From Bacilli bacterium (GTDB lineage: Bacteria; Bacillota_I; Bacilli_A; RFN20; CAG-826): 61,840 nt of DNA. Numbering within the stretch: the stretch's first letter is position 1; each line of letters opens with the position of its first letter. Of the stretch, positions 19,569 to 28,974 are shown in pieces. The stretch is taken from assembly GCA_024408095.1 (NCBI GenBank), contig JAKSVI010000006.1:1-61840 (forward strand). The letters run 5' to 3'. The notes beneath the pieces are model-generated. The model saw only the letters and a program-made list of their open reading frames with translations, had not been told where the DNA came from and did no database searches. Both the position numbers and the translations under genes were made by a program.

Positions 19569-21442
19569 TGGACTACAACGTTATTGTTGTTGGTGGCGGG
19601 CATGCAGGATTAGAAGCTGCTTTTGCCTGCGCTCATATGGGCCAAAAAACTTTATTAATCTCCTTAAATATAAAGAAGATGGGCAATATGCCATGTAATC
19701 CATCGATAGGTGGATCCGCTAAAGGCATCGTCGTAAGAGAAATTGATGCTCTTGGTGGGATGATGGGCAAAGCTGCTGATCACCATTATCTCCAAATGAA
19801 AATGTTGAATACCGGGAAAGGCCCTGGAGTTCAATGTTTGAGAGCACAACAAGATAAGTTAGAATATCCTGAATATTTGCAAAATCTGGCGCAAAACTGC
19901 CCTAATTTAACAGTTTTTGAAGGACACGTTATAGATTTATTACATGATGATAATAAAGTTTTTGGTGTAGTTTTAGAAGATGGAAAGTCCTTCAGTTCAG
20001 ATGCAGTAATTTTGACAACTGGCACATATATGGATAGTTATATTTTTAGAGGCCACGTTAAAGAGTCTGCTGGTCCGGATGGCGAAAAGTCTTCAATTGG
20101 ATTAAGCGAAAAATTAAGAGAAATGGGAATTGAAACTTATAGATTAAAAACAGGTACTCCTCCTCGTATTGCAAAAGAATCAATCGATTTTTCAAAAGCA
20201 ACCGTTCAACCAGGTACACCTGGTAATCTTGCATTTTCTTATGACACGAATGAATTTATACCTGTTGAGCAACAAGAACTTTGCTATTTAATTTATACAA
20301 CTCAAGAAACTCATAAAATTATTAAAGAACATTTAGATGATACAGCATTATTTTCTGGTCTTGTAACAGGAGTAGGCCCTCGTTATTGTCCGTCAATTGA
20401 ATCCAAAATAATGACATTTAAAGATAAAGAAAGGCATCAATTATTCCTAGAACCTGAATCAAGATATACAAATTCTATTTATCTCCAAGGTTTTTCAACT
20501 TCAATGTCAACCGAAGTACAAGAACTCATGGTTAGAAGTTTACCTGGCTTTGAAAACGCAAAATTTCTCAAATATGCATACGCCATCGAATATGATGCGA
20601 TTAAAACCACTGAATATAAATCTACTTTAGAACTCAAAAAATATGAGGGATTATATATTGCTGGACAAATATGTGGGACATCTGGTTATGAAGAAGCTGC
20701 AGGATTAGGTTTAATGGCTGGCATAAATGCCACTTTAAAAATTCAAGGCAAAGATCCACTCATATTAAAGAGAGATGAATCATATATTGGTGTTATGATA
20801 GATGATTTAATTACAAAAGGTACTGAAGAGCCATATAGGTTGTTATCTTCACGTGCAGAATTCAGGTTATTATTAAGACATGACAATGCTGATTTAAGAC
20901 TAACTGAAATAGGGCATACCATTGGTTTAATTTCTGATGAACGATATAAAAAATTTATCGAGAAGAAAGCCAACATAAAGACTGTGTGCGACATTTTAGA
21001 ATCTCATTATTTAGGTAAAACAAAAGAAGTTGAATCTTACTTAATGGGATTAGGTTTTAACGAATTAAAAGGCGGAATACTTGCAAGTGAGATTTTGAAA
21101 AGACCAGGCGTAACTTATTCAAAAATCGCATCTTTTATCAAGGATTTGCGTGATTTTTCACTTGATGAATCAACAATTAATGAAATTGAAATTATTGAAA
21201 AATACGAAGGATATATAATCAAACAAAAGCATGAAGCTGAAAATTTAAGAAAGCTTGAAGAACTAAAAATTCCTCAAAATTTTGACTTCTTAAATATGGA
21301 TGGAATAAGGCTCGAAGCTCGTCAAAAATTAGACAAGGTTAGGCCTCTCACTATTGGGCAAGCCTCTCGTGTTAGCGGAGTTAATCCTAGTGATGTGTCG
21401 ATGCTTATTTTAAAAGTTAAAAAAGGTAAAAGAAATGAATAA
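19568..21442 (+). CDS. mnmG: tRNA uridine-5-carboxymethylaminomethyl synthesis enzyme MnmG (GidA)
   Basis: Motifs GGGHAGLEAA, MPCNPSIGG, RLKTGTPPR, GPRYCPSIE and GTSGYEEAA. Confidence 0.97.
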   Translation: MDYNVIVVGGGHAGLEAAFACAHMGQKTLLISLNIKKMGNMPCNPSIGGSAKGIVVREIDALGGMMGKAADHHYLQMKMLNTGKGPGVQCLRAQQDKLEYPEYLQNLAQNCPNLTVFEGHVIDLLHDDNKVFGVVLEDGKSFSSDAVILTTGTYMDSYIFRGHVKESAGPDGEKSSIGLSEKLREMGIETYRLKTGTPPRIAKESIDFSKATVQPGTPGNLAFSYDTNEFIPVEQQELCYLIYTTQETHKIIKEHLDDTALFSGLVTGVGPRYCPSIESKIMTFKDKERHQLFLEPESRYTNSIYLQGFSTSMSTEVQELMVRSLPGFENAKFLKYAYAIEYDAIKTTEYKSTLELKKYEGLYIAGQICGTSGYEEAAGLGLMAGINATLKIQGKDPLILKRDESYIGVMIDDLITKGTEEPYRLLSSRAEFRLLLRHDNADLRLTEIGHTIGLISDERYKKFIEKKANIKTVCDILESHYLGKTKEVESYLMGLGFNELKGGILASEILKRPGVTYSKIASFIKDLRDFSLDESTINEIEIIEKYEGYIIKQKHEAENLRKLEELKIPQNFDFLNMDGIRLEARQKLDKVRPLTIGQASRVSGVNPSDVSMLILKVKKGKRNE

Positions 21443-22121
21443 AGAATGTTTGCAAAAAACCTTAAGTTTGAGCGATTCAAAAATTAACCTTCTTGAATCT
21501 TTTATGGATGATGTTTTACTAGCGAATGAAAAATTCAATTTAACCGCAATTACTGATAAAGAAGATTTTAGAGAAAAAATGATTTATGATAGCGCAATTA
21601 TTTTGAATGATTTCGATTTTACAAATAGAAAAATTATAGATATTGGTACTGGTGCTGGTTTTCCTGGCATGGTTATTAGAATGTTAGTTGATAATGTTGA
21701 CATTTCATTACTTGATTCTACAAGCAAAAAGATTAATTTTTTGAAAGAAATTGGCGCAAAATACGATTTAAATTGCAAATTTTATATTTCTAGAGCTGAA
21801 GAATTATCGAGAAATAATCGTGAAGTGTTTGATGTTGTTACAGCGCGTGCAGTCTCATCATTAAATACTCTATTAGAATTATCGATGCCGTTATTGAAAG
21901 TAGGTGGATGTTTATTAGCTTTTAAAGGTCCTTCTGTTCAAGCAGAAATTAATGATTGTAAAGAAGCTTTTAAAAAACTAAATTGTGAAGTAGAAAAATG
22001 TTTTAACTATACCCTACCTAACAGCAAAGAAATTAGAAACATTCTTTTAATTAGAAAAAATGATATAACAAATAAAAAATATCCAAGAGATTATGCAGAA
22101 ATATTAAGGAAGCCATTATGA
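21435..22121 (+). CDS. rsmG: 16S rRNA m7G527 methyltransferase
   Basis: Motifs FNLTAI, DIGTGAGFPG and VTARAV. Follows mnmG. Confidence 0.95.
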   Translation: MNKECLQKTLSLSDSKINLLESFMDDVLLANEKFNLTAITDKEDFREKMIYDSAIILNDFDFTNRKIIDIGTGAGFPGMVIRMLVDNVDISLLDSTSKKINFLKEIGAKYDLNCKFYISRAEELSRNNREVFDVVTARAVSSLNTLLELSMPLLKVGGCLLAFKGPSVQAEINDCKEAFKKLNCEVEKCFNYTLPNSKEIRNILLIRKNDITNKKYPRDYAEILRKPL

Positions 22122-22888
22122 CAAAGATTATTTCAATTTCAAATCTAAAAGGTGGAGTTGGAAAAACTGCTACCGCAATAAATTTAGCAAGTGCTCTAGC
22201 TTTTTATCATAGAAAAGTTTTATTGGTTGACCTTGATCCACAAGGAAACACATCAAAAGGCTTAGGATTTGATGTTTCATTAATATCAAATAGTGTTCAA
22301 GATATTTTTGATAAAGCAAGCGCACCAACACGATTAATCAAAAAAACATCGGTTAATAACTTAGATATTATCGTTAGTAAATTAACACTTTCTAATTTAG
22401 ATTTTCCTTCAAAAAATATTAGCAAAGTTAAATCTAACATTTTAAAAAAGTATTTAAGAACAATTTCAGAAAAATATGACTATATAGTTATTGATTGTGC
22501 GCCAAGCATAGGATTTTTAACTTTTAATGCCTATGTAGCATCAGATTCTATCTTGATTCCTGTACAATGCGAGTGTTTTGCATTAGATAGTGCTACAAAT
22601 ATGTTGGCAGCAATTGCAAATGTTCAAACACAGTATAATCCTAACCTCGGTATTGAAGGATTTTTATTGACTATGTTTGATTCAAAAGAACAACTTCATA
22701 ACGAAATATCTAACGACGTTAGATCATTGTTTAAAGAAAATACATTCCTTTCTATAATTCCAAGAAGTATATCGATTTCTGAGAGTTTATATCGCGGAAT
22801 ACCAGTAACAGAATATAGAAGCACTGGAGCTGCCTCGTTAGCATATTTGTCATTAGCAAAAGAAATTATTGATAAAAATGAACGATAG
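22118..22888 (+). CDS. soj: ParA/Soj family ATPase
   Basis: Motifs KGGVGKT, DLDPQGN, IDCAPS and IPVQCE. Confidence 0.9.
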   Translation: MTKIISISNLKGGVGKTATAINLASALAFYHRKVLLVDLDPQGNTSKGLGFDVSLISNSVQDIFDKASAPTRLIKKTSVNNLDIIVSKLTLSNLDFPSKNISKVKSNILKKYLRTISEKYDYIVIDCAPSIGFLTFNAYVASDSILIPVQCECFALDSATNMLAAIANVQTQYNPNLGIEGFLLTMFDSKEQLHNEISNDVRSLFKENTFLSIIPRSISISESLYRGIPVTEYRSTGAASLAYLSLAKEIIDKNER

Positions 22889-22891
22889 ATA

Positions 22892-22919
22892 TTGAAAAAA
22901 TTGACTTTAAGATTATAAT
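22892..22919 (+). promoter_or_regulatory. SigA-type promoter of the FMN riboswitch/ribU transcript
   Basis: TTGAAA-N16-TATAAT immediately upstream of the aptamer. Confidence 0.6.
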
Positions 22920-22923
22920 GAAA

Positions 22924-23030
22924 ATTACTTCAGGGCAGCGTAAAACGCGACCGGCGGTAAACCCCGCAAGCTTAGGCACGAACTTGTGAAATTCAAGTGG
23001 CGACAGTAAAGTCTGGATGAAAGAAGAAAT
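22924..23030 (+). ncRNA. FMN riboswitch (RFN element), variant
   Basis: CTTCAGGGCAG...GACCGGCGGTAAA...GTGAAATTC...CGACAGTAAAGTCTGGATGAAAGAAG, upstream of an ECF S-component gene. Confidence 0.9.
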
Positions 23031-23042
23031 GTGAATTTTTTT

Positions 23043-23066
23043 AAGCCCTGAACTAGGGGCTTTTTT
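23043..23066 (+). terminator. Riboswitch expression platform (terminator / RBS-sequestering hairpin)
   Basis: AAGCCC-TGAACTAG-GGGCTT-TTTT directly abuts the ATG at 23067. Confidence 0.7.
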
Positions 23067-23774
23067 ATGAATCCGTTTGATTTAACTAGAATGATAATAG
23101 CTGCCGTAATCGCTATGATTGTAGGTGTTTTTTCTATAGTTAAATTATTCTTTAAAAAAAATCCAATAACTACGAAATTCATCACTAGAACTGCGGTATT
23201 TGCAGCGATTTCAATAGTTTTATATATCACACCATATTTGAAATTCCCTATCCCAGTTTTGTTTCCATCCTTTTTAGAAATACACTTTGATGAGGTGCCT
23301 GCTTTTATTGCTGGATTTGCATATGGACCACTTTCTGGTTTCTTTGTTATTTTGATCAAAACGATAGTAAAATTCCCAATGTCCACAACTGGATGCGTTG
23401 GTGAATTGGCCGACCTACTTTATAGTGTTGTATTTGTAATCCCTGCCGCAATTATATATAAACACCATCGTAATATAAAAGGTGCGATAATTGGGTTAGG
23501 TGTCGGAACAATTTGTCAGTTAATCGTTTCTAGCTTCTTTACCTCTTTTGTGATGCTTGATTTCTATATGGTGGTGCAGAAAATTCCAGAAGAAGCACTC
23601 CTAGAAATGTGTCAAGCTGTAAATCCTAATGTCACATCATTGTCATGGCCATTCTTGTTTATGGTAGCGTTGCCATTTAACGCTTTTAAGGATGCATTAG
23701 TTATTGTGCTAACGTTACTTCTCTATAAGAGGCTTGCAAAACTAATTAATAAAATTGGGCAAGAAAAAAACTAG
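23067..23774 (+). CDS. ribU: ECF transporter S component, riboflavin (RibU-like)
   Basis: Motifs FPSFLEIHFDEVPA, GPLSG, VGELAD and LPFNAFK. Downstream of the FMN riboswitch. Confidence 0.85.
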   Translation: MNPFDLTRMIIAAVIAMIVGVFSIVKLFFKKNPITTKFITRTAVFAAISIVLYITPYLKFPIPVLFPSFLEIHFDEVPAFIAGFAYGPLSGFFVILIKTIVKFPMSTTGCVGELADLLYSVVFVIPAAIIYKHHRNIKGAIIGLGVGTICQLIVSSFFTSFVMLDFYMVVQKIPEEALLEMCQAVNPNVTSLSWPFLFMVALPFNAFKDALVIVLTLLLYKRLAKLINKIGQEKN

Positions 23775-23793
23775 GCGTCAACCTAGTTTTTCT
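23763..23793. terminator. Bidirectional terminator between ribU and the ferredoxin gene
   Basis: AAAAACTAGG-CGTCAA-CCTAGTTTTT. Confidence 0.75.
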
Positions 23794-23799
23794 ATATCT

Positions 23800-23979
23800 T
23801 TACTCTTCAACAGAGATTGCACCGACTGGGCAGACACTAACGGCTTCTTCTTCAGCTTCACCAGTTACTGGCTCTGCTAAACCGTCGTCGCCAAATTTCA
23901 TGTCGTCTGGATATGTGCCAACACATGCTCCACAACCGATGCAAGCAGATTTGTCAACTCTGACTTTCTTTTTTGCCAT
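23800..23979 (-). CDS. fer: Monocluster [4Fe-4S] ferredoxin, 59 aa (not in the ORF track)
   Basis: Hand translation gives MAKKKVRVDKSACIGCGACVGTYPDDMKFGDDGLAEPVTGEAEEEAVSVCPVGAISVEE, with CxxCxxC and a distal CP. AGGAGG RBS. Confidence 0.93.
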   Translation of the reverse strand: MAKKKVRVDKSACIGCGACVGTYPDDMKFGDDGLAEPVTGEAEEEAVSVCPVGAISVEE

Positions 23980-24076
23980 TGAATATTTACCTCCTCAGGT
24001 ATACAAAAATTATAATTTTTTTTATAATGTAAAGCAAGTTGATTGTATATAACTTTTATTATGTTATTATATTCGC

Positions 24077-24874
24077 ATGGAAAAATTTTTAAGTAAGAAA
24101 CATCATGTCATTTCTACAATATGTTTAATTACTGGATTATTAGCAATTTGTACATTCATTTATGCTCTTGCAAGCTGGTCTTTTCCCAAGGAATTTTATT
24201 TAGAACATCCAGGAATTGAAATATATTCTGGAGAAAATGTTGTCTCAAGATGGGCTAATCTTGTTTATTTAACATATATTGCTTTAGTCTTAGCAGCGGT
24301 ATGGATGATTTTAATTTCAATATCATTATTTTTTAATTTCAGAAAATTATTTAATGTTTTGACTTATAAAGCCCTCATGGTTTTTGTTGTCGCTATGTGT
24401 GGTTATATTATGTTACTTTATGACACCTATCAAATTTTTAGTGGTCAATTATTTGGAGCATTTGATCAGTATCATAACAATATCGTATTTTGTGTTATTT
24501 TAAATATTTTTAATCATTTTGCTGTGCCATTAATTTCAATGATTATGTTCTTTCAAATTCCATCTCATGGAGAAATAAAAATTTATCACCATCTTTTATA
24601 TGCTGGCTTTGCTATTTTGTATATGGCTTCTGTTAAATTGGTGGGATTATTTGCCTTCCCAATTGAATGGTATCCATATCCAATTTTTGATATGAAAACA
24701 TTTGCAGAGTCCTTTCATTTAACGGGCACTAAATTTGAATTTCAAGTATTCATGCTTGAAGTTGTACATTTATGTTTAGTAATTATATTTAGCGGTCTTT
24801 GCATTTTATTCTCTTTACTAAAGAGAATTCAAACTAAATCAAAGCTTAAAAAATTAAACACTCTAGAAAATTAG
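24077..24874 (+). CDS. Integral membrane protein, Pr6Pr-like family
   Basis: About 7 TM helices with motifs NHFAVP and WYPYPIFD. Confidence 0.55.
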   Translation: MEKFLSKKHHVISTICLITGLLAICTFIYALASWSFPKEFYLEHPGIEIYSGENVVSRWANLVYLTYIALVLAAVWMILISISLFFNFRKLFNVLTYKALMVFVVAMCGYIMLLYDTYQIFSGQLFGAFDQYHNNIVFCVILNIFNHFAVPLISMIMFFQIPSHGEIKIYHHLLYAGFAILYMASVKLVGLFAFPIEWYPYPIFDMKTFAESFHLTGTKFEFQVFMLEVVHLCLVIIFSGLCILFSLLKRIQTKSKLKKLNTLEN

Positions 24875-24912
24875 TATAGTTAAATTTATATAATTTAATT
24901 AAAATAATACAG

Positions 24913-25209
24913 ATGAGTAAATATGAAACACGTGTCTTGAAGTACAAACAGTACCGCAACTCTTTTCTTAAGGAAGGCGCACCGGTTGTCGAAAATCCAG
25001 AAAATGTCGCAAGAGATTTATCTTTTGCAACCACAACAGCCTTACCAATTAACGAAGTGATAAAATCCGCTAGTGTCGTAAATGAAGAGACTCTTTACTA
25101 CAAGAAAAGAAAAAGACAAGACACATTTTTATTTATTTCATTAATCACTATTTCACTTTTAATAATAGTTGGATTAATAATTTTTGGAATTTTTGCATTT
25201 AGGAGTTAA
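24913..25209 (+). CDS. Hypothetical protein with a C-terminal membrane anchor
   Basis: 98-aa ORF with one C-terminal TM helix, 5 nt upstream of cmk. Confidence 0.6.
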   Translation: MSKYETRVLKYKQYRNSFLKEGAPVVENPENVARDLSFATTTALPINEVIKSASVVNEETLYYKKRKRQDTFLFISLITISLLIIVGLIIFGIFAFRS

Positions 25210-25214
25210 TTTTT

Positions 25215-25892
25215 ATGAAGTTTGCAGTCGCAATTGATGGCCCCGCCGCCGCAGGAAAAAGTACGATCGCTAAAAAAGTAGCGGAAATATTGAATTTCAC
25301 ATATATAGATACAGGAGCGATGTATCGTGCTTTTACTTGGTATTGTTTGGAAAAAGGATTAGACTGCCAAAATCATGATGAATGTGTAAAAGTGATTCCT
25401 GAAGTTACAATTAAACTTAGACCAAATCACGTTGTTTTGTGTAATGGAATAGATGTTACTAAACAAATTAGAGAGACTCGAGTTTCAGGAAATGTATCTT
25501 ATATTGCTTCCTATAAAGAAATTAGGCTTGCATTAGTTGAACAACAACGTGCAATGGCATCAAAGCATTCTGTTATCATGGATGGAAGAGACATTGGAAC
25601 CTATGTTTTACCTAATGCAGAAGTGAAAATATTTCAAATTGCATCAGTTGAGACTCGCGCTATTAGAAGATATAAAGAAAATATGGAAAAAGGTATTCCT
25701 TGCACTCTTGAAGAAATTAAAGAAGATGTTAAAAAAAGAGATTATATTGACTCCCATAGAGATTTTGCCCCATTGAAAGCGGCTGAAGATTCTATTGAAT
25801 TGGACACCTCAAATATGAGTATCGATGAAGTAGTGGATGCTGTTGTTTCCATAATTAAAAAAACTGCAAAAGAAAAAGGAATAGATTTATAA
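25215..25892 (+). CDS. cmk: Cytidylate kinase
   Basis: Motifs AIDGPAAAGKST, DTGAMYR, MDGRDIGT and RDYIDSHR. Confidence 0.97.
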   Translation: MKFAVAIDGPAAAGKSTIAKKVAEILNFTYIDTGAMYRAFTWYCLEKGLDCQNHDECVKVIPEVTIKLRPNHVVLCNGIDVTKQIRETRVSGNVSYIASYKEIRLALVEQQRAMASKHSVIMDGRDIGTYVLPNAEVKIFQIASVETRAIRRYKENMEKGIPCTLEEIKEDVKKRDYIDSHRDFAPLKAAEDSIELDTSNMSIDEVVDAVVSIIKKTAKEKGIDL

Positions 25893-25894
25893 AT

Positions 25895-27223
25895 ATGCCT
25901 AAAAATACAGTAGCAATTGTTGGAAGTCCTAATGTCGGAAAATCGACAATTTTTAATCGTATAGTTGGTGAACGACACGCAATTGTCAATGATGAGGCAG
26001 GTATTACCAGAGATCGCTTATATGCCACAGCAAGTTGGTTAAATTATAAATTTAATGTAATTGATACTGGTGGTATTGAAATTGCTAACAGGCCTTTTCA
26101 AGAACAAATAAGGGTTCAAGCTGAGATTGCTATTGATGAAGCCGATGTTGTTGTTTTTGTTGTAGATGGTCAAGTTGGAATAACAAGTGATGATCAAATG
26201 GTATCACGCATTTTAAGAAAAGCTAAAAAGCCAATTGTTCTTGCTGTTAATAAAATTGATGATTCTATTCACATGTCCAATACAAGTGAATTTTATGCAT
26301 TGGGATTAGGAGATCCTATTCCTGTCTCTGGAAGTCATGGTATTGGTATTGGTGATTTATTAAATGAAATTATCAAACATTTAGATAATGAAGATAATTC
26401 CATTGATGAAGAAAAAATTGTATTCTCTCTTGTCGGCCGACCAAATGTTGGAAAATCATCTTTAGTTAATGCTTTACTCAATGAAGATAGAGTTATTGTT
26501 TCTGATATTTCTGGAACAACTAGGGATTCAATCGACACCCCATTTAAAAAGGATGATAAAAATTATATTGTTATCGACACTGCGGGATTACGTAAAAAAG
26601 GAAAAATCTACGAATCTATTGATAAATACTCTGCAATTCGCGCATTAAAAGCTATTGAACGAAGTGAAATTGTGCTTTTAGTTTTAGATGGAAAATCTGG
26701 TATTACTGATCAAGATAAGCATGTCATTCAATATGCGACGGATTTACATAAAGCCATCATAATTGTAGTTAATAAATGGGACATTGTTGATAAGCAAACT
26801 AATACAATGAGCGACTACACTAATTTAATTAGACAGGAATATAAATTTTTAGATTATGCTCCTATTGTTTATGTTTCCGCTTTGAGAAAACAAAGGTTAA
26901 ATACTTTATTTGATGCATTATCTCTTGTTCATGAAGCATACCACACCAGAATAAAAACTAGTGTATTAAATGATGTGCTACAAGATGCTCAAGTTATGAA
27001 TCAAGCACCAGATTTTAATGGTGGCCGTGTTAAGATTTATTTCGGCAGTCAAGTAGCAACAAATCCTCCCACAATCGTACTTTTTGTGAACAATCCTGAG
27101 TGGATGCATTTTTCATATTTAAGATATATTGAGAATAGGTTAAGAGACTGTTTTAATTTCGAAGGTACACCAATAAAAATTAATTTGAAATTTCGTAAAA
27201 ATGTTACACCTGAAACAAATTAA
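25895..27223 (+). CDS. der: Ribosome biogenesis GTPase Der (EngA)
   Basis: Two G domains (GSPNVGKS/DTGG/NKID and GRPNVGKS/DTAG/NKWD) and a KH-like C-terminus. Confidence 0.97.
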   Translation: MPKNTVAIVGSPNVGKSTIFNRIVGERHAIVNDEAGITRDRLYATASWLNYKFNVIDTGGIEIANRPFQEQIRVQAEIAIDEADVVVFVVDGQVGITSDDQMVSRILRKAKKPIVLAVNKIDDSIHMSNTSEFYALGLGDPIPVSGSHGIGIGDLLNEIIKHLDNEDNSIDEEKIVFSLVGRPNVGKSSLVNALLNEDRVIVSDISGTTRDSIDTPFKKDDKNYIVIDTAGLRKKGKIYESIDKYSAIRALKAIERSEIVLLVLDGKSGITDQDKHVIQYATDLHKAIIIVVNKWDIVDKQTNTMSDYTNLIRQEYKFLDYAPIVYVSALRKQRLNTLFDALSLVHEAYHTRIKTSVLNDVLQDAQVMNQAPDFNGGRVKIYFGSQVATNPPTIVLFVNNPEWMHFSYLRYIENRLRDCFNFEGTPIKINLKFRKNVTPETN

Positions 27224-27278
27224 TGCAATAATTAGGAATTATGTTATATAATGAACATAGTTACGGAGGAAATACATA

Positions 27279-27563
27279 ATGGAAAAATTAAATAAGAGAG
27301 ATCTTGTTGAGTTAGTCGCCGAAAAAGCTCACCTTTCAAAAAAAGATGCAGAAGAAGCAATTGATGTTACATTCTCACTTATGGAAAAAGCTTTACTCTC
27401 TGGGAAAGAAGTCAATATTACAAATTTTGGCGTTTTGGTTCCAAAGATGAAGGGTGAAAGAATTGGCACCGATCCAAAAACTCATGAACACATTACTATA
27501 AAAGCCAAAAATTCTGTTATATTTAGACTTTCAAAAACTTTAAAATCAAAAATGAACAAATAA
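27279..27563 (+). CDS. hup: HU family DNA-binding protein
   Basis: Motifs NKRDLV, ITNFG and RIGTDPKT. Confidence 0.9.
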   Translation: MEKLNKRDLVELVAEKAHLSKKDAEEAIDVTFSLMEKALLSGKEVNITNFGVLVPKMKGERIGTDPKTHEHITIKAKNSVIFRLSKTLKSKMNK

Positions 27564-27582
27564 GAACCATATAATCATAATT

Positions 27583-27609
27583 GGGACAACACAAAGTTGT
27601 CCTTTTTTT
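27583..27609 (+). terminator. Intrinsic terminator after hup
   Basis: GGGACAAC-ACAAA-GTTGTCCT-TTTTTT. Confidence 0.8.
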
Positions 27610-27631
27610 GTAAAAGAATTAATATTTTATC

Positions 27632-28324
27632 ATGGATTGTAAATTGATTTCTTTTCAAAAACTAGCGGACAAGTTTAAGCGATATGGTTTCTCCTTATAT
27701 CTTGTTGGTGGTGCTGTAAGAGATTATCTTCTGGGCAAACCACTAACAGATTTAGATGCTGTCACCGATGCTACACCTGATGATATTAAACAATATTTTG
27801 AAGGTGACTATTCATTCAAAAAATTTGGATTTGTAAGGCTTAATGAAGATGGAATGATTTTTGAGGTTACAACCTTACGAAAGGAATCAGAATATTTAGA
27901 CAGTAGGCATCCATCAAAAATAGTGTTTGTTAAAGAACTAGAAATAGATGTTGAAAGACGAGATTTCACAATTAATTCGATGTATCTTGATAGTAATTTA
28001 GATGTAATAGATTATGTTGGTGGGTTAGAAGATTTGAATAAGAAAATTATTAAAATAGTTGGCAATCCAAAAAAGAAATTTTCTGAAGATCCATTAAGAA
28101 TATTGCGCGCAATAAGATTTTCTATTGATCTTGAATTTTCAATCGAAAACCATACTAAAACCTCCATATTTGAGACGATTTCTCTTTTAGACAAATTAAA
28201 TCCTGAAAAAATAAAAGAAGAAATTTCTAAAATTAAAAGCAGCGACACCCAGCTCATTTATAAAACATTTGAATATTTTAATATTCTTAAGTTATTAAAA
28301 AGTGATAAAGTATTAGCACAATGA
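27632..28324 (+). CDS. cca: CCA tRNA nucleotidyltransferase (class II, unusually short)
   Basis: Motifs VGGAVRD, DLD, RRDFTINSM and EDPLRILRAIRF. Confidence 0.85.
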   Translation: MDCKLISFQKLADKFKRYGFSLYLVGGAVRDYLLGKPLTDLDAVTDATPDDIKQYFEGDYSFKKFGFVRLNEDGMIFEVTTLRKESEYLDSRHPSKIVFVKELEIDVERRDFTINSMYLDSNLDVIDYVGGLEDLNKKIIKIVGNPKKKFSEDPLRILRAIRFSIDLEFSIENHTKTSIFETISLLDKLNPEKIKEEISKIKSSDTQLIYKTFEYFNILKLLKSDKVLAQ

Positions 28325-28974
28325 TTAACGAAGCCCTCGATTTTACATACTTACTATTAGAGAACTACAAGAAATTAAAAATTAACGAAAATGAAGTAGC
28401 TACTATTTTAATGGTGGAGCATTTAATTGAAGATGAGAATTCATTTGTTAATGCTGATCTCCTTTCTTTAAAGATGTCTCTTCCAGTTGCGGAGATAGAT
28501 AAAATTTTGTCTATGCTGTTGACCAAAGGATACATTGAATATTTGACTAAAGGCAAAAAAACAGTAACCACTTTAAATCCCTTGAAGGAAAAATTATTTA
28601 GTGAATTTACTTATACAGCCACAAAAGAAAGAGAAACTAATAAATCTGAAAAAGCGACATCTCAAATTAAGAAAGTTAATTCTACATTTGAAGTTTTGCT
28701 CGAAAGAGGTTTGTCTCCTATTGAACTTTCAAAAATTAGGGAATGGATAGAAGCTGGCTATAATGATGTGACTATTATTAACGCTTTAAAAGAAGCATTG
28801 TCTAAAGGCAAAAGAAGTTTAAGAAGTGTTGATAAAATCTTAGTGGCGTGGTCCCAAAGAGATGACTTAGAAACAGAAGGGCATACTTCTATTGATGAAA
28901 GTTGGGATAAAAATTTAGAAGAAACTATTAGAATTGCAAAGACACCATGGATAAATGGCAATGAAGATAAATAA
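28321..28974 (+). CDS. dnaD: Replication initiation protein DnaD
   Basis: LLENYKKLKINENE winged-helix start and ERGLSPIE DnaD C-domain motif. Upstream of nth. Confidence 0.85.
   Translation: MINEALDFTYLLLENYKKLKINENEVATILMVEHLIEDENSFVNADLLSLKMSLPVAEIDKILSMLLTKGYIEYLTKGKKTVTTLNPLKEKLFSEFTYTATKERETNKSEKATSQIKKVNSTFEVLLERGLSPIELSKIREWIEAGYNDVTIINALKEALSKGKRSLRSVDKILVAWSQRDDLETEGHTSIDESWDKNLEETIRIAKTPWINGNEDK

Noticed and set aside
19568-22888. Replication origin near mnmG-rsmG-soj
   Set aside because: No dnaA, dnaN or rpmH and no DnaA-box cluster is visible.
22925-23386. 153-aa minus-strand ORF
   Set aside because: It is antisense to the FMN riboswitch and ribU and has no recognisable motifs.
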